The translations under genes were made by a program, and so were the position numbers. The notes beneath the pieces are model-generated. The model made no database searches, was not told where the DNA came from, and was given only the letters and a program-made list of their open reading frames with translations. Positions 37,040-49,597 of a DNA stretch of 64,000 nucleotides are shown here, piece after piece (position 1 is the first letter of the stretch; every line of letters begins with the position of its first letter). The DNA lies in contig NC_045696.1 in assembly GCF_009834535.1 (NCBI RefSeq), positions 100,194,001-100,258,000 on the forward strand, in the 5' to 3' direction. This DNA comes from Camelus ferus. Its lineage: Eukaryota.

Positions 37040-38095
37040 GCCCTTCACTCCTTTCTCTCAACCCCCACATTTAATCTGTCAGTCTGGCTTGTTTAATCTA
37101 CTTTCAGAACATACCCAAACTGAGCGCTTGTTACCTTCTTTACTGCCATTCCTTGGTCCGTATCACCATGGCCACCAGCCTGGATTATTGCTGTAAACTC
37201 TCCCCCAGTCAGGCTTCCTGATTTGACCCTTGACCTATTGCAGTCATAGCAACCAGAGCAACCCTGTTAAACTTTAGTCAGATTATGGCAGACAGAATTG
37301 CATAGCAGTTACGGGCACAGACGCTGGAGCCGGGCTGTCTGGGTTCAAATCTAGGTCCTGCCATTTAGTCTGTTTAATTTGGGACAGCGTATTTAAATGT
37401 GAAATTGGAATGGCGGTAGTGTGTGCCTTAAAAGGTTAATAGTATCTGCGTGGTGGGCGACAGTGTCGGCATCAGCAGTAGCAGGGGTAGTAGCCATCGT
37501 ATGCTAACGACCGCTAAGTCATCCTTGCTCTCAACATCCTCTCATAGCCTCCCATGACATTAGGAGTAAAAGCCAAAATCTTCACGGTGACCCTCTAGGC
37601 CCTGCATAGTCGGTTCACTCTGACTTCTGAACTCGTCTCATTTTCTCCCTTGCTGAGTCTCCTCTGTATTCGGTGCCTGTAGTGAACTCCCTTCTCTCCC
37701 CGAAGGACGTATGTGGCCTCAAACTGGCTCATTCCGATTCTTTGTGGCTCCCTCTTCCTGGACAGCTTCCCCTCAGAGACCTGCAGAGCTCGGTCACTTC
37801 CTACACTTTATGTCACCCTTGGTGAAACTCTATCATTCTGTCCCAAACTGCAACACATTCAAGACCCACTATGCCCCTGCCCCCTTTTTCTCTAGCCCTG
37901 TAAGTTAGATGAAATTTTTATTTATTTATTTATTTTTGGCTTTTGTGCCCCTAAATTAGAATGTAAACTCTGTGATGGCAAAGATTTATAGTTTGTCTCT
38001 TCTTTGTCTCTTCTCACTCTTGAATCTTCAACCTCTAGAATAATGTCTGGCATAGAGTAAGCACACAATAAATATTTTTTGAAGGAGTGAATGAA
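37040..38095 (+). mobile_element. LINE-2 3' portion with a MIR inserted at ~37287-37450
   Basis: L2 body (agcctggattattgc; gcaaccagagcaaccctgttaaa) and tail (catagagtaagcacacaataaatattttttgaaggagtgaatgaa); MIR motif ctgggttcaaatctaggtcctgccattt. Confidence 0.75.
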
Positions 38096-38559
38096 ATTAT
38101 GACACTTTAACAATGTTGATTCTCTGCTCAAGGCCTCCTGTGGCACTCCTGTCCCTTACAGGGCCCAGGGCCCTTGGCCATGGCCCCCATGGTCTGCCCC
38201 ATCTTGGCTGCCAGCTGGTCTCTCTCACTCCTGAATTATAATTTGCAATTAACCATTTTCTGTCATTTTGGATACTGAAAACACTATTACTTCCTCCCCA
38301 TTCTGACTAGCTAAATATTACCCCATTTCTGAGGCCCAGCTAGAATTGTTTTCTTCTGTGGCATTACCCCAACTACTCTTGATTTCTCCCTTCATTGTTT
38401 AACCTCCTCTTTGTGCTCTTATTTAGAATTAGAGCTACCTCAGTGTGTGTATTCGTTGGCATACCCAGGATGTAGTTCTGATAATGTGATCCCTGTTGCA
38501 CATCATCAGCATCTTCTGGTGCTGATACCTGGTGCAAAGAAGTTATTTCTGAGCCTCTC

Positions 38560-38665
38560 CTAAGATATAACAAATAATCAAAAGTTCTGGAGGTGTGGTC
38601 CAGGAATTTATATTTTAATAAGCATTTGGGTATTTCTGATGCAAGCTGATGTATGAGAACTGTTG
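38560..38665. mobile_element. MER5-like fragment
   Basis: tctggaggtgtggtccaggaatttatattttaataagc...ttctgatgca...tgagaactgttg. Confidence 0.6.
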
Positions 38666-40534
38666 GACAAGGACATCTGCATGATGGGTCAGACCGGGAG
38701 TGTCTGGATTAAGGGTTCAGTTGAGTCTTCAGGGTTCAGCAGTCCCCAGAGACGGAAGGAAACTAAAGTAGGTATACGAGGGTCAGAAGTAGAATGTTAC
38801 AAGAACAAGTAAACAAAAACATTTCTTGGAAATGTATCAGAAACTGGGAAATATGTCTACAGGATACAGGACAGTTAGGGGAATGGAAGTCTGTTAGTGA
38901 GTGCCTAAGTCCACGATTCAGATTTTCTTCTTGTGGAGTAAATCTTGGGCAACAGAAGATTAACAGGGGTTTTGGAATCTGTGAGCATTCGCACTGGGCA
39001 AATCATCCAGGCGAAGACTAAGAGAGCACACATGGCCTCTTCTGGGCGGTGAGCATTTGGAGTACCAGCTCTGAGACTAGAGTATTTTGACAGGAGCTAA
39101 AACTGAGGAAGAAGGTACAAAACCAGACTCTAGTCATCTGTTGAAATATGACATGCTAGGTATCTGACCACTGATGGAAAAAGTGAAGGGCAGAAAACCC
39201 AGTTATTAAGGAAGGGAATATGTCTCTGCAGAAGAGCCTGGACTGGAAGAACCCAGGGACTGAGAATAGTTTGGTGGAAAACCTTGGAAGAAGGTTAAAT
39301 GGCCTCAGGGGTGGTGTTTAGAGGCCTAGGGAGACAGGTTATCATGGAAATCTTCAAAGTCAACAGATTGAGTCAACTGTGTATTACATATCAAATTAAA
39401 TATTTTACTTGAAGACAGTGGATGTACCATAATACATCTTCCTGTCTCTTTGTTGCCAGAATGATAATAGATTAAAATCAGACACTTAAAATAACTTGCT
39501 GTATATAAGGACTTATTTTAATCATATATGTATGTTCACTATATGATACCAATCTCTTTGATTTTTTGCTCCGAATTTGAACTTGAATTAAACTATGCTT
39601 CAGGCACAAGGAGAGTATAAGCACATGTTCAGAAACACCTTTGGCTTTCTACTAAAACTGATCTATCATTCATATTATAATGGGTACTAAACTTGGAAAA
39701 CGTCAGCTTGTTCAGGGTTCTATATTGTTTCTGCATGACATGGAGTGAAAGTTCACGGGAGCAGACTTCCTCTGCTGCTGTCTTTCAAGCCTCCTAAGCC
39801 CCACACTGAAGTGTATGCTTACCCCACCACACCACCCCCGAGCCCTGGCATCAGTCTGGAAGTGTGATGCAGGAGTTCTGCTGAACCGTGACTAATATAA
39901 TTGAGGCTGTTCTGGGAGGTTGGCCATCTCAGGGTCCTGAGATTAATCAGCCACAGCACAGATTTGTTCAACAAAGACTTGGCAGTGAGAATCGTCCATG
40001 TATGTCTTTATCATGTGACCTGGTTCAGAATTCAAGGAAGTCACTGAAATAAGAAATAAGAAGGGAGGATTATCAGGCACTTAAGTAACAGGGAGCTGAT
40101 TGGGTCAGAGTTAATTCCATCTCAGGGGAGTTTTTGTCAGTGTGGCAAATGGGAGCTCATACAGAACTTTATGTGGGGCTTTATAGCCAATCAAAATAGT
40201 GTTATAAAACCAAATTTACTTAGAAAAAATTATGGAACAATATTATGTTCCTATTGGTTTTAATGTTTTCAGTATTTATATACTTTGAGATGTATAGACT
40301 ACTTTTTTTTTTCAGTCTTTAAAATAGCCACAGGTCACTTGCAATCATGGTTGAAATAAATAATGTTTCCTATTAAAAATATAATGTGTTAATTTGTCAT
40401 AGGTTTTAGTAATTCAAGATGAAACCCAAGGACTTCCTTGTTTGAAAGAATACGAAAGAAAGCCTCACTAGATTCAGTAATCCACTTATTTAACTTCAAC
40501 CATGTGATAAAAGAAATAAAAAGGAAAAAAAAAT

Positions 40535-40790
40535 GAAACTATTAAAAAAACTGAAAGAAGAAATGGAAGAATTATTTTATAATTATAACATGTGAAAGGC
40601 TTTTCTAGAGTATAACACAGACCTAGAAATGTAAGAGTTAATGGCTGATAAAAACAATGTCATACGAAGAGAAAATTTGCCTGGCAGAAATCATATGGCA
40701 AAAGAAGTCAAGATAAATAATAAATGGGAGGAAAATATTTGACCCAGAAGTTCTATTTGGAACTTATTCTACAGATACAGTCTTACATGT
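40535..40790 (+). mobile_element. Old, highly decayed L1M fragment
   Basis: aaggcttttctagagtataacacagacctagaa...aaatgggaggaaaatatttgacccagaagttctatttggaacttattctacagata. Confidence 0.55.
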
Positions 40791-40802
40791 AAGACATTAC
40801 TT

Positions 40803-43800
40803 ATAGATTTTAAAACAAAGACTTTAATAAGAGACAAAATGGTTTTATGTTATGATAAAGCAGTCAATCCCACAAGATTTATCATTTGTAAATAGTTATG
40901 CACCCAACATAGGAACACCTAAATATGTAAAGCAACAATTAACAGACCGAAAGGGAGAAATGCCAATACAACAGTAGCAAGAGATTTTAATACCACATTA
41001 ATTGATGGTTTTCATCTAGACAGAAAAATCAATATGGAAGCATCAACCTTAAAGTACATGTTAGATCATAAACTTAACAGATATTTGCAGAAAATTCCAT
41101 CTAAAAGCAACAGAATTCACGTTCTTCTCAAGTGCATATGGAATATTTTCCAAGATAAATCATATGTTAGGCCACAAAACAAATCTTAATACATTTAAGA
41201 GGATTGAAATCATATCAAGCATCTTTTCCAATCACAGTGATGTGAAGCTAGGAATTAATTACGTGAAGAAAGCCTGAAAATTCACAAGTCTGTAGCTATT
41301 AAACAACATTCTCCTGAACAATCAAATCAAAAGAGAAATAAGAAATACCTTGAGACAAATGAAAATGGGAATGTAACATACCAAAATCTATGGGATGCAG
41401 AAAAAGCAGTTCTAAGAGGGAAATTCATGGTGATAAATGCCAACTTCAAGAAACAAGAGAAGTTTCAAATAACAACCTAACTTTACACTTCAATGAGCTA
41501 GAAAAAGATCAAATAAAATTCAAAGTTAGTAGAAAGAAGGAAATAACAAAAAATAGAGCAAAAATAAATGGAATAGAGACTAAAATACAATATGAAAGAT
41601 CAATGAAACTAAGAGCTAATTCTTTAAAAGATAAACAAAATTGACAAACCTTTAGCTAGACTAATCAAGAGAGACGACTCAAATAAATAAAATTAGATAC
41701 GAAGGAGGAGATCTTACAACTAATACCATAGAAGCAAGGAATCATAAGAGATGACTGTGAACAATTGTATGTTAACAAATTGGACAGCTTAGAGGAAATG
41801 GATAAATTCCTAGAAAAATAGTCTCTTTCATTACTGAATCAGAAAGAAATAGAAAATCTGAACAGACAGATTACTAGTAAGGAGATTGAATCAGTAGTCA
41901 AAACTTCCTAAGAAACAAAAGTCCAAAAGCAGACAGCTTCACTGGTGGATTCTATCAAAATTCAAAGATTTAATACAATTCCTTCCCAAACTCTTTCAAA
42001 AAATAGAAGAGGATATTTTACAAGGCCAGCATTACTCTGATACCAAAACCAGACAAGGACATCACACACAAAAAATAAAATTACAGGCCATTATCCTTGT
42101 ACATAGATGTAAATCCTCAGCAAAATAATAGTAAACTGAATTCAACAATATATTAAAAGAGTCATACACCATGATCAAGAGGGATTTATTCCATGGATGC
42201 AAGGATGGTTCAACATCTGCAAATCACTTGATGTGATATAGCACATTAACAAAATGAAGGATAAAAATCATATGATCATCTCAATAGATATAGAAAAAAC
42301 CTTAGACAAAATGCAACATTCATTGATGATAAAAACTCAACATGAGTGTTGCTAGAACATACTTCAACATAGTAAAGGCCATATATGACAAGCCACAGGT
42401 AATGTCATACTCAATGGTGACAAATTGTAAGCTTTTCCTATAAGATCAGGAATAAGACAAGAATGTCCACTCATCCCACTTTTATTCAACATAGTTTGGA
42501 AATCCTTGCCAGAGCAGTTAGGCAAGAAAAAGAAATAAAAGGCATCTAAATTTGAAAGGAAGAAGTAAATCTTTCACTGTTTGCAGATAACATGGTACTA
42601 TATATAGGAAACCCTAGACTCCACTAAAAAACTATTAGATCTAATGAATGAATTCAGTAAAGTTGTAGGATACAAACTTAATATACAGAAATCTGTTATG
42701 TTTTCCTACACTAATAATGATTTATCAGAAATAGAAGCTAAGAAAATAATGCTGTTTACAATAGCATCAGAAAGTATAAAATATGTTGGAATAAATTTAA
42801 CCAAGGAGGTGAAAAACCTGTTCTCTGAAAACTATAAGACATAATGATAGAAACTGTATAAGAAACAAATAAATGGAAAGATAGTCCATGCCCATGGATT
42901 GCAAGAATTAATATTGTTAAAATGTCCATACCATCCAAAGCAATATACAGATTTGATGCAATGCCCGTCAAAATTTCCAGGGCATTTTTTTCACCGAAGT
43001 GGGAAATACAATCCTAAAATACTTAGGGAAAACTGAAAGGCCCCAAATAGCCAAAGAAGTTTTGAGAAAGAAGAATAAAGCTGGAGGCATCATGTATAAA
43101 CTATATTACAAGGCTATAGTAATTAAAACCATGTAATACTGGCACAAAAACAGAAATATAGATGAATGGAAGCGAATAGAGAGCCCAGAAATAAACCCAG
43201 AGATATGTGGTCAATTAATTTATCACAAAGGAACCAAGAATATGCAGTGAGGAAAGAACAGTCTCTTCAATTAGTGGTGTTGGGAAAACTGGTTAGCCGT
43301 ATGCAAGAGAATAAAAATCAAATGCAAATCAAAACCGCAGTGAGATACCACTTCACACCTGTTAGAATGGATATTATCAAAAAGACTAGCAATAGGAAGT
43401 GTTGGCAAGGATGTGGAGAAAAGGGATCCCTTGCACACTGTTGGTGGGAATGTAAATTGGTACAACCACTGTGGAAAATAGCGTGGAGGTTCTTCAGGAA
43501 ATTAAAAATAGAACTAATGTATGATCCAGCAATTCCATTTCTGTTTATTTATTTGTAGAAAATGAAAACACTAATTGGAGAAGATACGGGCACACTCGAA
43601 CGTTCATCCCAGCATTATTTACAATAGCCAAGATACTGAAGCAACCAAAGTTTCCATCAATTGATGGATAAATAAAGGAATTGTGGTACATATGTACAGT
43701 GAAATATTACTCAGTCACAGAAAAGAATGAAATCCTGCCATTTGTGACAACATGGATGGACCTTGAGGGCACTGTTGTGCTAAGCAAAATAAGTCAGATG

Positions 43801-44018
43801 CAAAAGGACAAATACCATTTGATCTCATTTATATGTGGAATCTTAAAACATATATATTTGTGTGTGTATGTGTGTGTTTGTGTATACACTATACGTATGG
43901 ATACAGAGAACAGATTATAGATTGGTGGTTGCCGGGTCCTGGAGAGTGAAGAATTGAAGAAATGGATGAACTGTTTTTATTTTTTATTTTTTTAGTGTAA
44001 ATAAATTGAAATAAAGAA
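40803..44018 (+). mobile_element. 5'-truncated, inactive LINE-1 (~3.2 kb): ORF2 endonuclease, RT and C-terminal remnants plus 3' UTR, sense to PLOD2
   Basis: EN-region tatgcacccaacatagga; RT motif [13 protein letters not shown] near 42577 (FADD decayed to FADN); ORF fragments [16 protein letters not shown] and [14 protein letters not shown]; many stops and frameshifts; AATAAA-rich end. Confidence 0.96.
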
Positions 44019-45587
44019 GATGCAAAATGAGGTGTAGATAATAAAATATTGGCTAGTGTGTGCATTGGCATCTCTTGAAGCATCCGTAAGAACAGCATCA
44101 TTGGTATCTTCTGAAGGAAAGTCAGCTAGATGTCTGGGAGAAAGATCTGGGAAAGATTGTCACTTCCTATTCTATCACCCAGTCCAGAAATTAAATTACA
44201 AAAATTGTCTGGAGTAGTAAAAAGCAGTCATGTGTATATATAAATATATTTTTAATCTCTAACTTGGCACAGTGAATGTTAGAATTGTTCTTATATTTTC
44301 TGGGATATAGTCTAAAAAATAAGACATTTCTCTTATATAAAGATGATAGCTTATGGTATTTTGTAACACAAAGTGAATAATGAAGTGCTTTTTATTTTTT
44401 TTGAGTCTTGTAGTAATTCCATAGGAGAAGATGTCTATAGTTGTAGATATCAAATCACCTACACTTAATTTTTTGTCCTCAAAATGTCTAATGTGCTGAT
44501 GCGGGTTTCTAGTAATCTCTTACACAGCAGCTTCAACTCGTCGAACAGTGTGGCGAACTAGCAGGTTGTCGGGGAGGACTCTGAGCTGCCAAAATAGATG
44601 CCGTAAAACTGTCCAGGCAGGTGAGTGTGGGCTGCTGCTCTGATTGTATTCACTTTATGAAAAGTGGGTACAGTAGAAAATGCCCTCTTTAAAAAAAATA
44701 CGATTTAATGTGTTCATGGCAATGTGGAGTGGAAGAAGCAGATGTTTCACTGTTCCTGAAGATGATGAATGGAAGTTACGACTTTTGTTTCCTTTTCAGC
44801 TCCTCCACTCTTCATCAGATCTGCTTTTAATTTTGCGTCCCAGATTTATTTGTTTTCATTCCTTTAGGTTGGGAAGACTTCTTTTAAAAATTTTTTTGTT
44901 TTCCATTATGGAAAAGTGAAGGTCACCTTGGCTCAGGTATCTCGCTCTTACAGCTTTATCTCACAGTGTGGTTTGCGTAACCACAAGTCCATCTCAGGGT
45001 GGCCTCTGCCCCAGCACAGCTGTTCTTTTCATTTGTAGGTGCATTAGCAGGAATATATTATCTCAGCCCCTGCTGTTTTGTTCCAATAATTAAGTTTATT
45101 ATTGATGTCCTTTGCTTATGAGTCTGGGAAATATTTTTAGTGCCTATGCAAAACATGGAATAAACAGCAATAGATCAAATTGTAAATCAAACACAATAAT
45201 TTGTTTGAACAAACTGCACAACCTTGGGACCAGATTTCTGGCAGGCAGTTCATAGTCTCTGCTAAAGCATTTGGCCAACAGATGAGTTACCCCATCCCAC
45301 TCAGAGGAGGTCCTTATTACTGGTACATATTTCTATTTTGAGGTTGCTGCAACATTTGAAACCTTGGAATTCAACAGATTGAAGTCTCTTCTGTCTGTGA
45401 AGGGGGCATTAAACTTACATTCAAAATATACATTTCATAACTTTTGAACGGATCAAGTGTGCTCTCCAAGTCATAAATTCTGAAAAATGGTCCTATACAC
45501 TTTGTATTAGTATTTGTAAAGACAAGAAACACTGCTTTTTCCAAGGCATTTCATTCATTCTGAGTGCTTGTAAGTGTACTTTGTATG

Positions 45588-45775
45588 TGCTGTGTTTGTA
45601 TGTTTGTGTTCCTCCAAAAATTCATATGTTGAAATCTTAACCCTTAGGGATGATGATATTAGAAGACGGAGCCTTTGGAAGGTGCTCAAGTCATGAGAGT
45701 AAAGTCATTATTAATTGGGTCTGTGCTCTTATAAAAGAGGTTCAAAAGATATCCTAGCACTTTTCACTATGTTAA
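45588..45775 (+). mobile_element. Partial MaLR LTR (MLT1A/MST-like), 5' half
   Basis: tgctgtgtttgtatgtttgtgttcctccaaaaattcatatgttgaaatcttaaccc...gctcttataaaagagg. Confidence 0.85.
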
Positions 45776-45955
45776 AATCATGAAGGAGCTTAAAGTATGA
45801 AATATTTGATCCCATTTGTCGTAAAAATATTCAGTAGGTCTATTTAAGCTAATATCCAGAGACCAAAGCGTATTCTTATATGCCCAAAATAACAATTCCT
45901 GTGGATGAAAGTGTTTCAGAAAATAGCCATATTTGCTGGTCAGCAGGTTGGGAGC

Positions 45956-46309
45956 TGTAATGGTCTGAATGTTTGTGTCTCCTTAAAATTCGTACATTGA
46001 ACTCCTTACCTCTGAAGATGATAATATTAGGTGTTGGAGTGTTTGGGATGCACTTAGACCATGAGGGTGGAGCCTTCATGAATGGGGTTAGTGTCCTTAT
46101 AAAAGAGATCCCACAGAACCCCAGCGCCCTCCACCATGTGAGGGCACAGTGAGAAGGTGCTGGCTGTGAACCAAGGAGAGAGCCTTCATCAGAATGCGGT
46201 GCTGTGATCTTGGACTTCCAGCCTCCAGACCTGGGAGAAATACATTTCTGCTGTTTAAACCTACCTAGTCTGTGGCATTTTGTTACAGCAGCCCAAACGG
46301 ACTAAGACA
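45956..46309 (+). mobile_element. Complete MaLR LTR (MLT1A-like), 354 bp, TG...CA
   Basis: tgtaatggtctgaatgtttgtgtc...ccttataaaagag...gatcttggacttccagcctccaga...ttttgttacagcagcccaaacggactaagaca. Confidence 0.92.
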
Positions 46310-47916
46310 GTATCAATAGAAAATCTGTCTCTTACCCATTAATTCTTCTCCCAGCCAATTATCTCCTTTAAAGTAAAATAGAGGAAATCTATTTTTTTTC
46401 CTTCAGATATGATAAGGCAGGGAGATGATGAATCCTTTTTTTCAGGTAGAAAAATTCTCACTCCCTCACCTATTCAATATGTGAAATGCCAAACCTCTAA
46501 CCATGCTGGTCAAACTCTGTGTTTGTCACAATCCTTCTTAATGTATTAAGTGTGCCAAGTGGCCCATGATTTTCCATACCTGAGCTGCACAGATTACAGT
46601 GGGATCATCATCTCTTTGGTTAAGATTGTGTTTTTGTTTATTTGTTTGCTTTGGTCAGCTGTCCTAAGTACTGGCTCTTTTTCCAGCTTATGTCCAGGTA
46701 AGGCCCGCTGGCCACCTTTTTGTAACCTTTCAGTTTTTAAAGTCTTTTTTTACTTACTCTGATTGAAGTCCCCCTTAGGGTGACCATTCTCAGTGTTTCG
46801 ATTTTACTTCCCACTTCTAAACTTCAGAAACAGTTTGTTGGTACAAAGTGTGTATAGGTTTTGGTTGCCATCTAGTCCTTGTATTTTATCTCCACGTCTC
46901 CAGGGGTGGTTTGGATGGATGTGGAGCAGTGGGGGCCCTTTTATTTTTATCTTCTTGTTGTTTATTACATTTAGGTTGAATTCTTATCATTTAGGCCACA
47001 GATAGTTATTGTGAGGGATGGTGGGGTGTTACTGAAGAGTGTTTTTGAAAGGGGGTTCTGAATAAAGTCTTTTTAAATATGGATTGAGTAGATTCTCTAA
47101 TTCATCTGTATATGTTAGTGTGTTTCTAACGTACGTGGATACTGTTGAGATTAGGGGAATATTAATTTATTTAAATGCGTCACTGTATTTATATTCCAGG
47201 CTTTCTCATAATTTTCTTGATCAGTGGTTGCTATAATTAATATGGTTATTGAGGGGTCCATAATTTTTTATATTAAAATTCTACTTCATTCTAGGAAAAA
47301 TTGAGTTTCTAATTCTAAAATTCCAATCTTAGCCTAATTATTCAAGTTTTATTGATTGCAACTATGCTAATTTTGATGTTCTGTGATGTAATCATCTATT
47401 TGTATGTCATTTTTAAATGTTTCTAAGCTTCCATAGCAGTGTGAAAGCAACTAGCTGCTAGGAATTGTTGAGCATAATATTAATAGTCCTGCCCACTCTG
47501 GCTGGAAATTTGTCTTCCATTTAATACTAGGTTACCTGATAGACAAACTAACCATGGGTATATACCAACAGAAAACAAAGGTACTCAAAGGAAAGTCAGA
47601 AGACTTAAAAGAAAAACTTTTAATTTTAGCATGTGTACAAAGTATTTTATTTGAAACAAATTTAAAAATTTTTTTAAATGTATATTATGACTTGAAGTAC
47701 TTACGAGGGATGGAGGTTGTCTTAGTGCACTTTGACCTTTTAAGTGCCCAGGGCCTCTGGAGGTTTTGATCTGTCCCTGTTCCACTTGGTATCTGTTGAC
47801 CTTCTGGTTCTAGGAAAGTTAATCCTTAACTTAATGCTCTCCTGGACCGTTTGTCATCCAGTCTGTTATACCTGTCTGGCAGTACTCACCCTCTCTGGTC
47901 CCACTGCCCATATTGC

Positions 47917-48030
47917 TAGGGTGACCAGCTCATCCTGGTTTTCCCAGGACTGTCCAAGTTTTAAAATTGAAAGTCCCATGCTCTGGGAACCCCTTTAGTC
48001 CTGGGCAACCTGGATGGATGCTTGGTTGTG
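47917..48030. mobile_element. hAT-Blackjack MITE (MER81/MER94-like)
   Basis: tagggtgaccagctcatcctggttttcccaggactgtcc...aaagtccc...agtcctgggcaacctgga. Confidence 0.7.
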
Positions 48031-48819
48031 CTCCACACCACCCTCCCCATGCTACCTTCCTGCACGTACCCTCGTTTGTTTTGCGTCTGTGCCATGTCCA
48101 GAGTGGGCTGTGGAAGCTCAGGCATCCGTCTGAATGCTAAGATGTGTGTGAAGATGTTCCCTGTGCAGCATTAGTGGTTGGAATTTACTATCTTTTTTTC
48201 TTTAAGCGTTCCCTTTTCCTATAAAAATGCTAAGGAATCTTCTGATGTCTCTCTGACAGATCCTTTTTAGCTTTTCTCCTTGTTGAAATTGTGGCATGAA
48301 TTGCTCCTGAGGAATTTTTGTCTTGAATTTCTTTCAACAATTCCACCAAATAAAATTTGTTTTCTTGCCACCCAGACTCCATGGCTTCAGTTTGCTATAG
48401 TGTTTAAGTGACTCAGTACTTAACAAAGTAACAAAATGGTGCCATAAGACCTAGGAAAACCATGTTTACTATTTGGGAGTCTTGACTTCCAGTCCTAAAT
48501 TGGTTTCACCAACTGCAGGATCCTGGACAAATCTTATGTTTTCTTTAGATCTTGGTTTCCTTCTCTGTAAAAGAAGTGGGCTTTGCTAAACTATCCCTGG
48601 GGTCACAATTTATGTTGAAATGATTCTCAATCAGTGGGAGAGCAGGATATGATTGCCTTATCTGCCAAACATTTCCTGTATGGAGTCTGTTTGGAGTCTT
48701 ATCTGTATCTCTCTAGCCTGGCCTCTGAGCCCAGATTTAATACTCAGCCATGTATCAGACACATACCCAGTTAGGGCCGTAGTGCTTATTTCAGATGAAG
48801 ACTTGCTGCCTGTAGCCAG

Positions 48820-49320
48820 AAGCATAGTGGGTCAGCTCTCCCCAAGACCATCCCCAGACTCAGCAATTCAGTAGAACTCAGACGAATTCAGCATGTGGTC
48901 ATACTGAGAGCTATGACTCATTACGTTGAAGATACCGAGCAAACCAGCAAAGGGAAGAGGCAGAAACACAGGTGTAGTCTTTTCCCAGTGGAGTCAGAAA
49001 GGATTTGCTTAATTCCTCCAGCAACTAGTTGTGACTGCATGTGTGAGATGTTATGTATCGGGAGAGCCCGTTAGAGGTTCTGTGCCTAAGGTTTTTCTTA
49101 GGGGCTGGTCACAGAGGCAACCTCTGTACCAGAATTCCAAACACCTGGAAGAGATGCTGGCCTTCAGCATAAATGCACGGTTTGTACAGTTTAGGTATGA
49201 TGGCACGTTCTTTCTCTGGGAATGATGGGGATCTTCTCCAAACCCAACTTCCCAGATGCACCCAAGGACCAACTCTGCACCCAGGGCTTATGCTTGCTAT
49301 GGTATCTCTTTTCTGTACAT
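48820..49320. mobile_element. ERVL LTR (MER77/MER21C-related)
   Basis: cccaagacca...cagcaaagggaagaggca...cccagtggagtca...ttaattcctccagcaac...ggggctggtcacagaggca...ttcccagatgc...tcttttctgtaca. Confidence 0.65.
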
Positions 49321-49379
49321 GTATTAAAACACAGTTTGCTTCTAGTCTCTTGACTTCTCACCACCAAGTAAGGCCGCAT

Positions 49380-49550
49380 GAAACACTGGAAAGAAATGGG
49401 CTTTGAGGAATAACTGAAGTTCCACTTCCAGCTTGGCTAGTAACTTGTTGGCTGACTTTGGCTAAGTTAACCTATTTAAACCTTAGTTTCTTCATCTGTG
49501 AATTGGAGATAATAATGCCAACTACACAGAGATTTTGTTGAGAACAACTT
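49380..49550 (+). mobile_element. MIR fragment
   Basis: tgactttggctaagttaacc...ccttagtttcttcatctgtgaattggagataataat. Confidence 0.7.
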
Positions 49551-49597
49551 TTATGCACACATACACATAAAACATCACATGACTTGTCTCTGAGTCC

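Noticed and set aside
41390..43920. L1 ORF2-like ORFs as a functional or domesticated reverse transcriptase
   Set aside because: Fragmented by stops, frameshifts and a deletion; the catalytic FADD reads FADN.
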